From contig CAZCKS010000002.1 of assembly GCA_964499325.1 (NCBI GenBank), positions 59-64,058 of the forward strand: a stretch of DNA of 64,000 bases, in the 5' to 3' direction. This document shows positions 47,601 through 59,600 of the stretch, piece by piece. The position numbers and the translations under genes are program-made. Under the pieces are notes generated by a model. That model worked only from the letters and a program-made list of their open reading frames with translations. It had not been told where the DNA came from and did not search any database. Every line of letters begins with the position of its first letter. Positions within the stretch are counted from its first letter, which is position 1. This DNA comes from an uncultured Bacteroides sp. GTDB taxonomy: Bacteria; Bacillota; Clostridia; Christensenellales; CAG-917.

Positions 47601-50600
47601 GTCAGCCTCGTACATATCCGTATATCCGTCGCCATTGGGGTCAATCGGGTAATACGTCACACCGTCAACAACGACTGCGCCCTTTTTCTCGGTTTCGTTT
47701 GCGCTGTATTCGCCCATCTTTGCGTATTGCAAACTACCGCTACCCGTGAAGCCTTGGATGTCGGACTTGCTTACCTTGATGTAGTTGTCGTCCTCGTCAA
47801 GCACGTAAAGTGTGCCGTTGAATGCGCCAAACTGCTTACTGTTTGCAAGGTATCTGTAATCGCTGTTGCTGATGTTATTGAGTTTTTCTTGGACAAGTAC
47901 GTATTGACCGGAGATGTCCGTGTAGACAGTGCTTTGATATTCCGTTCTGTACGGAGAACCGAGAGAGTATCTTCTGCTCTCTTTGATTTCTTCCATAACG
48001 GTGTCTGCCTTCACGTATCTGTCTTCAGGACCGTAGTTGGTTACGGTTGTGCCGTTTACACTCTTGTAGAGTGCATAACCGCCCTTTGCGTTCACCTTTG
48101 CCGTGTACAAGCCGCTGTTGTCGTCCTTCTTTGTCAACTCATATCCGCCGTTTTCTTTTGCGTAATACTCGTTGCCGTCAACGTCTCTGTAGAGTTTGAC
48201 AAAGTCTTTTTCGTCAAAGTTCTTGCCGTAGTAGTTGCTGTAATTGGTGTTGCTGTTGTCACGATGGAAGTTTGCATAGTAGAAGATGTTGTTGCTACCC
48301 GTTTGATTTGCGAGTATGTCTTCTTTCTTACCAAATTCTATCATGGACGACGTTCCGCGTTCGCCGTTAAGACCTTGGAGGTTGAAACCAAAGTTGATAA
48401 CGGGGATGTCGCCTTGTTCATTGAACAAGATTGCGCCCAATGTAAGTTGATACGGGTTGAGGTCTTGTTTGACGTACACCTTGAAGTTGGGGAGCATATC
48501 GACGATAGAAGAACTATCTGTCAAGAGTTCGTTCATCAACACTTTGACAAATCCGCTCGTCACGTTGAGTGCGATTGCGTTTGTAAAGATATTGACGTAC
48601 AAGCCCATCTTGTCGGTGCCTTGTTTGTCGTTGTTATACTTCTCTGTGTACTCGTCCGCCGTCATTGCATCGTCGTCACTCATAAGTCCGCCGACCAAGC
48701 CGGAAATCAAGTCTTCAAGAGAATACTTGCTCATGTCGACATAGACTTTTGCGTCTTTGCCGAGCAATGATTCAAGGTCGAGATAGAGACCTGCTTTGCC
48801 TGTCTCTTGATCGTTGTTGTAGTACAAGCCGAACAAGTGCGGTTTGGTACCGTCAAGCAATTTGACATCATAGTCGCCTGCGTTTCTGTCCGCTGTGGAG
48901 ATGTATGCGTATTGACCGTTGCCGATGCTGTACTTATCGTTTTGCTCGCCCCATACGTCGATTGCCACGTCAAGATCGCGCACGTCGATACCGAAGGACG
49001 GCAAGATGTAAAGTTTGAAGCCAAGGTTGAGGCGGAGTGTGAAGTATACGTTGAACGTCATATCTTCAGTCACTTGGAATGTGCCCTTCATGCCGCCGAG
49101 CAATCCGCCCAACACGTCACCGAGAGCCTCGTTGACGCCGGAATACTTGTCGCCGAGAGCCTCGTTTACCCACACGTAGAGGTTGCCGTCTTTCTTGAGG
49201 TTGGCAATGTTGTCGGTGGATGAAACCTTCACGTAGTCGCCTTGTACTTTCTTATAGAAGTATTCACTAATGTCGCTATCGTTCGGCTCTGTCTTCTTGA
49301 TTTCTTTATATGCAGATACATAATCCGCATAGGAGAAGTAAATCTTACCTGCTTGCAAGAATACGCTTCCGCTCAAGGTCAAGGACAAGTAGTAAAGGTC
49401 CTCTGTATCAACATAGGTCTTATATGCGTAATCTGCATATTTTGCGTCGCTGAAGTCAGGAGGCAACACCGTGCTATCTTGTTGCACCTTGATGTGTTTG
49501 CTTTGTGCGTCGAGTTGTGCGTCGGCTTCTGCCTCGCTCAAACCGCTTGCAATGAGTTGTTCACGCAATTCAGAGAGCAACACTTTCTTCTCGGTGTTGT
49601 ACTTCTCTTGTTTGTAGATGAACACTCTTTGGATTGGCGTATAGGAAACACCCGTCGCAACATAGTATTGCGTATCGTTCTTTTGGATGTCCTCAAGATA
49701 GTTGGGGAATGCGCCGTTGTTCTTGCTCGTTGACGTTGCAAGCACATAGTTCTTGCCTTCTTTTACGTACAAGGTATCTTTGTCTATTACGTAATAACTA
49801 TTCTTATATTCATAATAGCGCGGTGCTTGTGCGTATTTTTCTGCGCTGAAATTGGCGCCGTCATAGTAGTCAAGTTCCCAATTATCCATGCCGTCGGCTT
49901 CTTTATCCACGCTTGTGTAGATAATTTCGTCCGTGTTAACATAGTATGCGCCCTTTGCAATGTTTTCGTATTTATTGCCATACTTATCCGTTGCAACGTC
50001 GTTGCCGTTCTCGTTGGTAACGTCTGCATACAAGAACTCCGTCACGCCGACATGCGGTGCGTTAATGTTCAAGGACACTTCGTAATCCCACAAGAAGAGA
50101 TCAAGCGAGATAAACGCATTGCGTGCTTCGAGAGGTCTGACAACGCTGTATTCACTGTTGTCAACCGCTACATAACCGTTTCCGCTTGCCACATAAAGTT
50201 GAGGCATAGAAACGCCGATTTGAGCAAGTGCGCTATCCTTTACGCTGGCGTTGACTTGTGATTGGCTTGCATCCGAATAAAGCATGTACTTACCGCCGAC
50301 GTTGATGTATGTCTTTACCATCGTCACGTTGTAATACTTCTTCACGCCAGTTGCGACAAGAGCGTCATACTCTGCGCGCTCGAGTGTGGACATATCGGAT
50401 TTTTGCGTGTATGCGTTGTCGTCATCTATATAATAGATGCCGTTTGCGCTCTCTTCCACCTTAAAGAGGTTCTTGGATTGTTCAAGTTTGGATACCAAAT
50501 CCTTACGAGCATTGATGCGTTCTGTTTCGTTTTGTGTGTTATTGATTGCGTTTGTCGCATTTGCGATGACATCCGCTCTGTTGTCGTAAGTGTATCTCGT

Positions 50601-53600
50601 GTTGTCGGTGAATATCGTCAACGCGGATTTGTTTTGGAATCCTGCTTCGTCGAATTGGACAGCGTCCTCACCCATGAGGAGTTTGAGGAGTTGGTTGATG
50701 ATGTCCGGTTGCGTGAGAACTTTGATGTATCTCGACGTCACTTGCATACCATAAGCCAAAGATCTGATATACCCGAGGATAGAATCGTCCTTGACGAGCG
50801 GGAATACGGATGTGTCGTCTGCAAGTTCTCCGTCAGCGGTCATTGCGTCGTCCGTTGCGCCGAGCGTGAAGAGGCTACCCACAAGTTTTCTCACTTCGGA
50901 AGCGTCAACCTTAACACTCGGGATGTTGAAGTAACTCAAGTCGATGAACAAACCGCCGTTTACACGTTTATATCTACCCTTTTCGTTGGAATAGCAATAA
51001 CTCGAATCGTAAGAATATCTCGTGCCTGCATATTCGTCGGATTGGATAAGTTGATATTTGCCGTTGCTGTCACGATAGTAACTGCCGTTCTTTGTCTCAA
51101 AATAGTGGTCGAATCTGTTTTCGGGAGCGACATAATTCTCGTTGGTCTCGTCAAGATCACCGTTTGCCTCGTCAAGGAGTTCAAACGTACCGCCTGCCAT
51201 GTAGATACCGAGCAAATCATGATAATCGCTGTCGTTTCCACCCTTTGTTTGGATAACAAGGCTCAAGTTGACGAAACTTGCAATGTTTGCAACGATTTCG
51301 CCCAACTCTGCGTCGCCAATGCTACCGATAACTTGTCCGAGCAATTCAATGACGGAGAAGAGGTCCATATCGCCGTCGAATTGGTCACTGTCGCCTGCGT
51401 ACTTGATAAGTTCTGTACGGAAGTAGTTGAGCAATGCCGCGACTTGGATGTCCGCCTTTATGACAAGTTGCAATGAACGATCGACGTCGCCGTTCGTATC
51501 GGATTGCGATTGGATGACAAGGAGTTGTTCTTGCGTCAATCCCGGGATGAACGTGGCAAGTACCGTGCTCAAGTCGATGTCGTTCTTATAACTGAAACTT
51601 GTAGAAATATCGATTGTTTCTTCAAGCGTAAATCTGTCGACGTCGTCAAAGTTGGTGTACTCTTTAAGTTCGTCACCGCTCAACACGTATGTACGTGAGT
51701 TGGTGAATGCGATGTCGAGGTCCTTGATTGCAAGCATAAGTTCAAGTGCAGTATCATATTTCGCACCGTCAGAAGAATATGACTTGTTTGCGCTTGCGCC
51801 TTCGACAAAGTTGTACACTTTAAGCGTGTCGCTAATCGTAATGGAAACAACCGTATCGTCAAGTTTTTCAGAGCCGTCGTTGCTACCGTTGTCCACAACT
51901 TTTCTTACTTTGATTTGTGCAGGCTTGTCCGTTTCGGCATTTTCAAACACGTCGACAATTCGGTATCTTGCATATCTCGTAACGCCGTTTACATCGTCCG
52001 TCGGAGAGATTGCACGCATATATTGCCCGTCGTTGCCTTGTACGTAGTTGCCGTCCTCTGCCACTGCAAAGTAGTAATATCTTTCTTCCTCGGTGTCTGC
52101 AATACCTTGTACATCGGAGGTGTTGTCGATAAACAACTTGCCTGCCTTTTGAGCATTCTTGACGTCATTGATGGAGACAGATGTAAATCTTTCGCCGTCA
52201 AGACCGAGTGCAACGCTTGCTTCGAGGTTAATCTTGTCGCTCGTGTCAAGTTTGAGTTGCAAACTGCCGTTGATTTCTTGATAGAACAAGTCTTTGATGT
52301 CAAATCCGAGCAAATCTTCGGGGATGTATTCAAGGATTGTGTCAAAGAGTTTGTCACCAAGTGCAATCGTAAGCAAATCTTTGTTGATAAGCATAGAAAG
52401 CGCAAGGTCTTTATTGCTGAAATCTACGTCGCCGTTTGCTACGCTACCGCCTGCTACGAATGCGTCTGCATTGCTTGCGTCGGTTGCGCCGAATGTAAAG
52501 TAATCGTCATCGTCACTGAAATCGATGAGGATATCGCCGAGCAAGTCTGCTATGTTAAGACCGCCGATTGCAACCTTTTGGATGTTGAATGCCTCTTCGA
52601 GGTTGAGATAGATGGTGTCGTTGACATAGTATGCGCCAAGCCACAAACTCTCATATCCCGTTTCTGTGATGTTGAGGAGTTCGATTTTGAGTTCGGAGTT
52701 GGTCAAATCGTAAATATCCATCATCAATGACACATCAAGTCTGAAGTGTGCGGAAGAATAACCCTTTGAAGTAGAGGGCATTTCCACCACTATACCAGTG
52801 AGATTACCAACGATGGTGCTGAGAATTTGACCGAGGTCAAGCGTACCTTCCGTGATGCCAAGTTCAAGTTCGACAGAGAATCCGAGCGTGATAATCGTAT
52901 CATAGAACGGATTTGTCTTAATCTCTTCAAACTTATCCTTCTCTGTGTCGGAAAGACTGCTTTCGTATTGTACTTCTTCACCTTTTTCGTTTACGTACGA
53001 ATGTTCTTTTTGGTCACGTATGTAATCGGGCAACAACTCTTTACCGCCACCGACCGTGAGGTTGAGTCCGCCGAGTTTAAGACCGAGATTGACACATCCT
53101 ACAGCAATATCGAGACCAAGATAGTATTCGTCGATTGAATCGAACAGTTCTACCGTGCGATAGTATGTGTAGTCGTCGATGTTGTCAATGCCGTTGTATT
53201 TGACGTAACCGTATTGATAATCATAGAGTTTTTCGATTGCGACTTCGTTGCCGTTGTACAAAACAAACGTGTTTCCCTTAATGTAGGTGCTTGTTTGCAC
53301 TCTTGCGCCGTTTTGTCTTGTGTACATCTTGTAATTATTGAGGGAGACTTTCTCTTCTGCTCCGCCAAATCTTACAAGTCCGTAATAGTCGCTGTTTTGA
53401 TGGATATACTTGCCGTATGCGATACCCGTCACAAGTTCGTATTGAGAATCGGGAGCAATATAATATGTTCCCTCTGCGTCATATTGCTTGCTTGTGGCTT
53501 CGTATTGTCCGGCGTCATTCATCTCATAGAGAATTCTGTTGGACGTGTAATAACCCGTTTCCGTGGCGTAATACATGTCAAGTTGCGTATCTTGCACCTC

Positions 53601-56600
53601 TGCAAAAGCCGTTTCGGAATCGCCATTGTATTTATATTTGTCGATGTCGGGTATAGCCGCAAGTTCTTGTTCAGTCAATTCGCTCAAAAGTCTATATTGC
53701 GTCTTGCCGAAGTCTACGCCGAGAGAGACATTGAACACGTCAAACACTTCTTCGATAGATCCGAGATCGGGCATAAGCGTCGAAAGAACAAACGCTATCA
53801 ACGCACGTGTGATTTGGATTTGGAAGTGCGTGTCGCTGTATGCGAGCATTATGAGTGCGTCTCTTACTGCAATGGCACGCTCCTCTGCATAAGGCTCGAC
53901 GTCGGACGCTGTTTGTGCGTCGCTTCCGCTGATACTGCTAATCTTGTCTGCGACTTGTTTTGCAAAGGACATGAAGTTGTCAATCTTGGAGTAGTTCTCC
54001 GCCGTGCCGACAACTTTTGTAAGGTCGATATAAAGTGTATCGTGGTTGAGATATAATCCGCCCAAAACCTTTTCTTCGCCGTTAGAATACGTTGCAAAGA
54101 ATCCGTTTGCGTCAACTTCGATAAATTCGATTGCGAGTTCGACTTTGTCAAGGTCGCTATTTGCGATAAATGCGTCGATTCCTGCGCCGGAGAGCAATCC
54201 TGCAAGGTCAAGCGCCGCAAGGTCGACGTTTGCGGAAATTCTCACGCCGATACCTGCGTTGAATGCAGACAATGTTTGCAAGTTGATTATCATATCTCCG
54301 AAGAGATTGCTGATAAGACCGCCTGCATTGACAGCCTCTGCGCTTTGAGAGTTGAAGTAAATGAGACCGCTGACGGACAAACCGATGTTTTGATCTTCGT
54401 AAACCGCCTTTGTTCCCTTGTTATAAAGTTGTACTTTTGTTAATTCTTCCGTTACATAGTTATAACGCGTTGCGCCTGCGTGTGCGCTCTCGTCGTATGC
54501 AACATAAGTCTTTGCTTGTGCGTCATACACGTAACCGCCGTTTGCGTCCTCGACAAAGTATGTTGCTTTGCCTTCTGCGTTGACGGTTGCGGGAATGCGA
54601 GCATAACGTTCGCTATCTGCAACGGTTTCGCCTGCGTTGATAGGACGATACATGTTTGCTTTAAGCACATAACCGCCATTGACGTCTGAGACAAACACAT
54701 AGTATTCGCCGTCTTGCACAGGGCTTTCTTCTTTGCGATATACTTCGCCGTTGAAGCCGTTGATCAAGCCGAGAATGTTGTCAACGTATTCGTTGAGTGA
54801 AATGAAGTTGCGGCTTTCGTCGATGTCGAGCATCGGTTGATATGTATCCGTGCTTTCAAGCGTGAATTGTGCGTTTACGCCGACAAGCAAATCCCAGGTA
54901 TATTGTTGATATTCTTCATTGTTTTCAACAGATGCAGGATCTTTTCTGTTTGCGAGCGTCGCTTTCAATTCGAGTGCGAGCATATCGTCGTCGCCGAATT
55001 GCTTTTGCGGATAGAGGAAGATACCGCTGTGACCGTCGTCAAGCAATACCATGTCGTTGTTGATGTTAGTCTTGAGCAAGAGTGAGAGCAAATCGTTGAT
55101 AGCCTCGCTTCTGAAGAAGATTCCGAGTCCTCCGATAGCGTTGTTGAGGTCTTTTGCGCCCCACAAATTCTTGCTTACGACAACGTTCTTGATAAGGCTG
55201 TTGATGATTCCCATCACATCGAGAGAGGAATCTGCGCTCTCGTCTGCAACAATAGCGTCGTCAGAGGAATTACCACCGAGGTCGATACCGAGTGCAGAGA
55301 GCAAATCGAGAATATCCACTTGGATACGCGGACCGCCGATACCGCTTGCATCGAGATAAAGCACTCCGCTCAAGAGGTAAATGTCCAATTTGGACGTGCT
55401 ATCTTCGCCAAGTTCGTACGTGAAGTCAATGCCGATATGTGCCTCAAGTCCCTTCAAAATCGTCTCGATGTCGAGATTGAGATTGTCAAGGTCGATATTT
55501 GCAAGGTCGTTCATGCCCATATCTTCGAGGTTAAGACGAACGTTGATGTCAAGTTTAAATCCGTCGTCAATCTTGTCAGAGAGCACCAACGAGAGTCCGA
55601 AACGCTCAAGCAAACTGCCAAGGCTTATCGCATTGTTTACCATCTCGACACCCAATTCTTGATCGGTTGTATCGAAACGGATTTGTGGCAACATTGTCGC
55701 AAGTATGTCTTGCAGGCTTTCCATACCAAAGAGGTAATCGAGCAATGTGTCGAACTTGAAGCCTTCACGGATGTAATTGCCGTTATTGTCTTGAACAAAT
55801 CTATTGTTAGAAGATTCGTAACTATATCTATCCGCAGGCGCGTACGTACCAATCTTTTCATCGTCCACGAATGTGTACGTTGCACTGCCATAGTAGTCAA
55901 CGATGACGCTCAAATCAAGTGCGATGATGTGTGCCTCTGTAAGTTCGGTATACTTGTCCTTGTTGTTGACTTTAGACTTGATTTCATCCGAGACTTTGTT
56001 CTTGATGTTTTGGCTTATAGGCGTATCATCGCCCGTTGCGAGAGAAATGTCTTTAACGCTTACGCCCAAAGCAATAAGGTTGCTGTCGACATTAAGGTCA
56101 AACTTGATGCTCGGCTTGATTTGGAAATCAACGCCGACAGACAAGTCGAGGTTGAATTTCTCAAGCAATTCTGCGATGTCAATATCTGAAGACGCATCAC
56201 CGCTTGTGAGGGCGGCGATAAGTCCAACAATGACATTTTGCATAACGAGAACGCCCATCTTGCCGTCTGCAATCGTGAGAATTGCTTGCATCTTTTGCTC
56301 TGCGGAATACTCGTCAACATCATCGGATGCCACGGATGCGTCTCCGTCACCGCCTATAACGCTGTTGAGGTCGCCAAGCAAGTCTGCAATCGTGTTGCAC
56401 ACCACTTCTGCAATGTTGGTGTCTTTGAGATAGAAAGGCTCTCTGCCGAGGTCGCCGAAGTCAAAGTAGATGTCTCCGCCATTTACATAAATTGCAAAGA
56501 TGTTCTTGTTTTCTTCGTTATCTTTGATTTCAATCAAGATTTGAGAAGAGTTTGCGTCGTTAAGCACGAGGTTTGCACCAAGTGTCAAACCAAGGTCGAG

Positions 56601-59600
56601 CGTGATGTCGTCTTGGAAATCGATGCCGAGTTTAAGACCAAGGTCTTTGATGAGCAAATCGAGATAGTTTTCAAGGCGAATTTCTTCATCTTGTTTCTTC
56701 AAATCCACTCTCAAACCGAGTTCGAGGTTGAGAGACAATGTGTTGAGGTTCTCAAAACTTGTATAAACGGACGCGTCGAAATCATCTGGCAAAATACCGC
56801 CGTCAACACCGAGTTCGATGTTAATCGGGCAGAGTTCAAAGCCCATTTCAAGCGGGGACGCCTCAACGTTGAGTTCGAGTTTATAACCATTCTTCCAGAC
56901 AAAGGAGATATAACTGTTATCAGAATTGAGTTGGAGGAATTTTTCCGGTGCGATTTGCTTGCCCGTAAGCATGCTTACCACCGTAGCGACAAGCGCTTGT
57001 GCAAAGTTGACCTCGATACCGTCTCCGCCAATACCGATATGGCTTATGATATTGCCCAAAGAGGAGCCGATAATACCCATAATATCGAGTCCGCCATCCT
57101 CTGCGCTTTCGTCTGCCGACGTATAAGCGACAGCCTCTGCGTCATCGGAAGGAGTGAGCAATCCGCCCAGCAACGATTCAAGCGGAATGTTGGTAAGTGC
57201 AACATGGAAGTCGTCCTTAAGGTCGAGATAAAGCGTGCTTACGGTTTGTCCGTTCAATTCACCTGCATAGACAAGGCGCAATGCGAGAATAACGCATTCC
57301 AACTTCTCTGATGCGCTCATGTTGTCAACTTCGTTGATGTTCTTGTTGTAAATCTCGATAGCGAGATCGCTATGTGAGAGGATATATCCAATATCAAGTG
57401 CGGATGCTACGGAATAAAGAGCAACGTCTTTGAAGGATTCCGCATTGTCGTCCGTAACATTGACTTTGACGTATGTACCGCCCATTTCTACGAATGCTTC
57501 GCCTCTGAATGTTGCGTCGTATGCTTGTGCATCAAGAGCGATACCGCCCTTTTGATAGTGCTTAACATACACTGCTCCCGTGTAAGAGGTGCGTTCTGCG
57601 TCGGTGAGAAGCACATATTTGCCGTCATCCAACTTGTAGACTTCCACCATGTTCGCAAGAGTTTGCGAATAGGCAGAATATCTCTTGAATGAGACGTTTT
57701 GCGTCAAATCGATAGGTGCATCGGGGTTGAGACGCACATTGAGTGCGATACGGAAACCGATGTCGGACACTGTATCGTCGGTGTTGAATTGCAAAAGCAA
57801 TTCGCTTATGAACGAATTGAGGTCTGAAGACGTATCGTCGAGGAAGTTTGCAATCCACTCGCCGATTGTCCATTGCTCGTTACCTGCTTTTGTGCCAAGG
57901 CTAATCGTACCCTTTATTTCTGCGAAAATGTTGGGGATTGTGATGTCGCCGAAGTCATTGAAGAGACCTGCGTCGTCAAAGAGCAAATCTTGCAAGTACT
58001 CGTTAAGTTTGAGTTCTGTTCCGTCACGAACGATGACGATGTCATCTGTTGCAACCTTTCTGTCGCCGATATTGAGGCTTGCGTCTTTAGCATAGATTTG
58101 TGCAGAGCCCGTCTCTTTGCCGGCGTCGTTCTTGATTTCACCGCCGACACGGAATGCCTTGCCGTCATGTTCTTCAAGTTGATCCCATGCGATGTCAATC
58201 CATGCAGACACGTCATTTGCGTCAATGCCGATGAGTGCGTAAACGATTTCTGTCAAGCCTTCTGCAAGTTCAATTTTGAGGCTATCGGAGGAAAGCAATG
58301 CGATGATAGAAAGCGCAAGTTGTTGTTTTGCGACATCTTCACTTGCAGTTCCGTCGCTTGCGACCATTGCGTCGCCGATTGCGCCGTTGCCGTTAATGCT
58401 GATTGTGCTGTCTTTTGCAAGCAAGCCGAGAATGACCTCGTAGAGGTCAATGTTCGTTTTGAGCCTATTTACGCCAAAGTTGCTTGCGTCGACATAGAGT
58501 TCTCCGCCGACATAATACAAGCCGAGCAATACTTGAACGGGGTTCGTGCCCTTCTTGCCCGTAAGTTCGATGAGCAAAGAGGTTGTATTGTTCTTTGTAT
58601 TGATTTCGTTTTCGCCGAACAAATATGAGATAATCGGGGACAAGTCAAGTTGTCCTGCGATGCGGAATTCATAATTGAGAGAGATTTGTTTGTCGAAAGA
58701 GAATGATGTTGAATTCAACGTCTCTACGACATACAATCCCGATGTTTCGTCTTTGTAATAAAGTTTGCCGGTATATCCTGTGGGGACCGCTTTATCCGCT
58801 ATTGCGACATATTCGGATGTGCTTTCATCATACCAGTGTGTTCCTGCAATACCGAATTGTGCAATCGTGGTGCCCTCGTCCGCCTTGAGGTCAAGTCCGA
58901 GGGTTATATCGAATGAAATATAAGGATAATCGAGAATGGATATAAACTCTTGTGCTTGTTCGTCGGGGAGATAATGCACGCAACCGTCCGTCAAACCTGC
59001 ACTGATACCGTTAAGCGCAATACTTGCGTTGAGGCTGTTGCCCAAGCCGATATAAAGACCGATTTCAAGTTCGTTGAGGTTGAGACCATCGTTGAGAGCC
59101 ACTCTCAAACCGCCTTGAATATCGGAGTTTTCAAACGCAATCGTAACGCCCTCGATGTTGAGCATATCGAGCAATTCGTCAAGTATGCCACCGCCTACGG
59201 CAATTTCAAGAGCATTGTTGCCGAAACTTACGCCTTGGAAAATATTTGCGATAAAGCCGATAATGGCATTTACGTCCATACCTTCCTCATCCTCTGCAAC
59301 GATAGCGTCGGAAGCGTCGGTTGCACTGTCGTTTGTGCCCAAAGAAGAAATCAATTCGGAAATGTTTACCTTGATTTTGCTTACGTTAATCGAATTGAGC
59401 AAGGAAGCGTCGAGATAAAGCACTCCGTCTTGCAAATAGATTGCAAGCACTGTCTCGCGGCTGCTGTTGGTGATAGCGATTTTTGCAGTAGATTTGAGAA
59501 TTGCGTCGAGGTCAAGTCCGTCGGATGCGTCAATATCTGCGCTGATTTCAATGCCGAGACCGCCTTTAATGTTGCCCAATTCGAGAAGCACGTCAATGAG

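Noticed and set aside
47244-48770. Long plus-strand ORFs lie inside the giant gene, for example 47244..48770 (508 aa), 50262..51476 (404 aa), 58950..60119 (389 aa) and 60732..61865 (377 aa).
   Set aside because: They are antisense shadow frames of a 26-kb minus-strand ORF. Their products are low-complexity and Cys/Val/Arg-rich, with no SD or promoter context. They are open because the sense strand rarely uses codons whose complements are stops.
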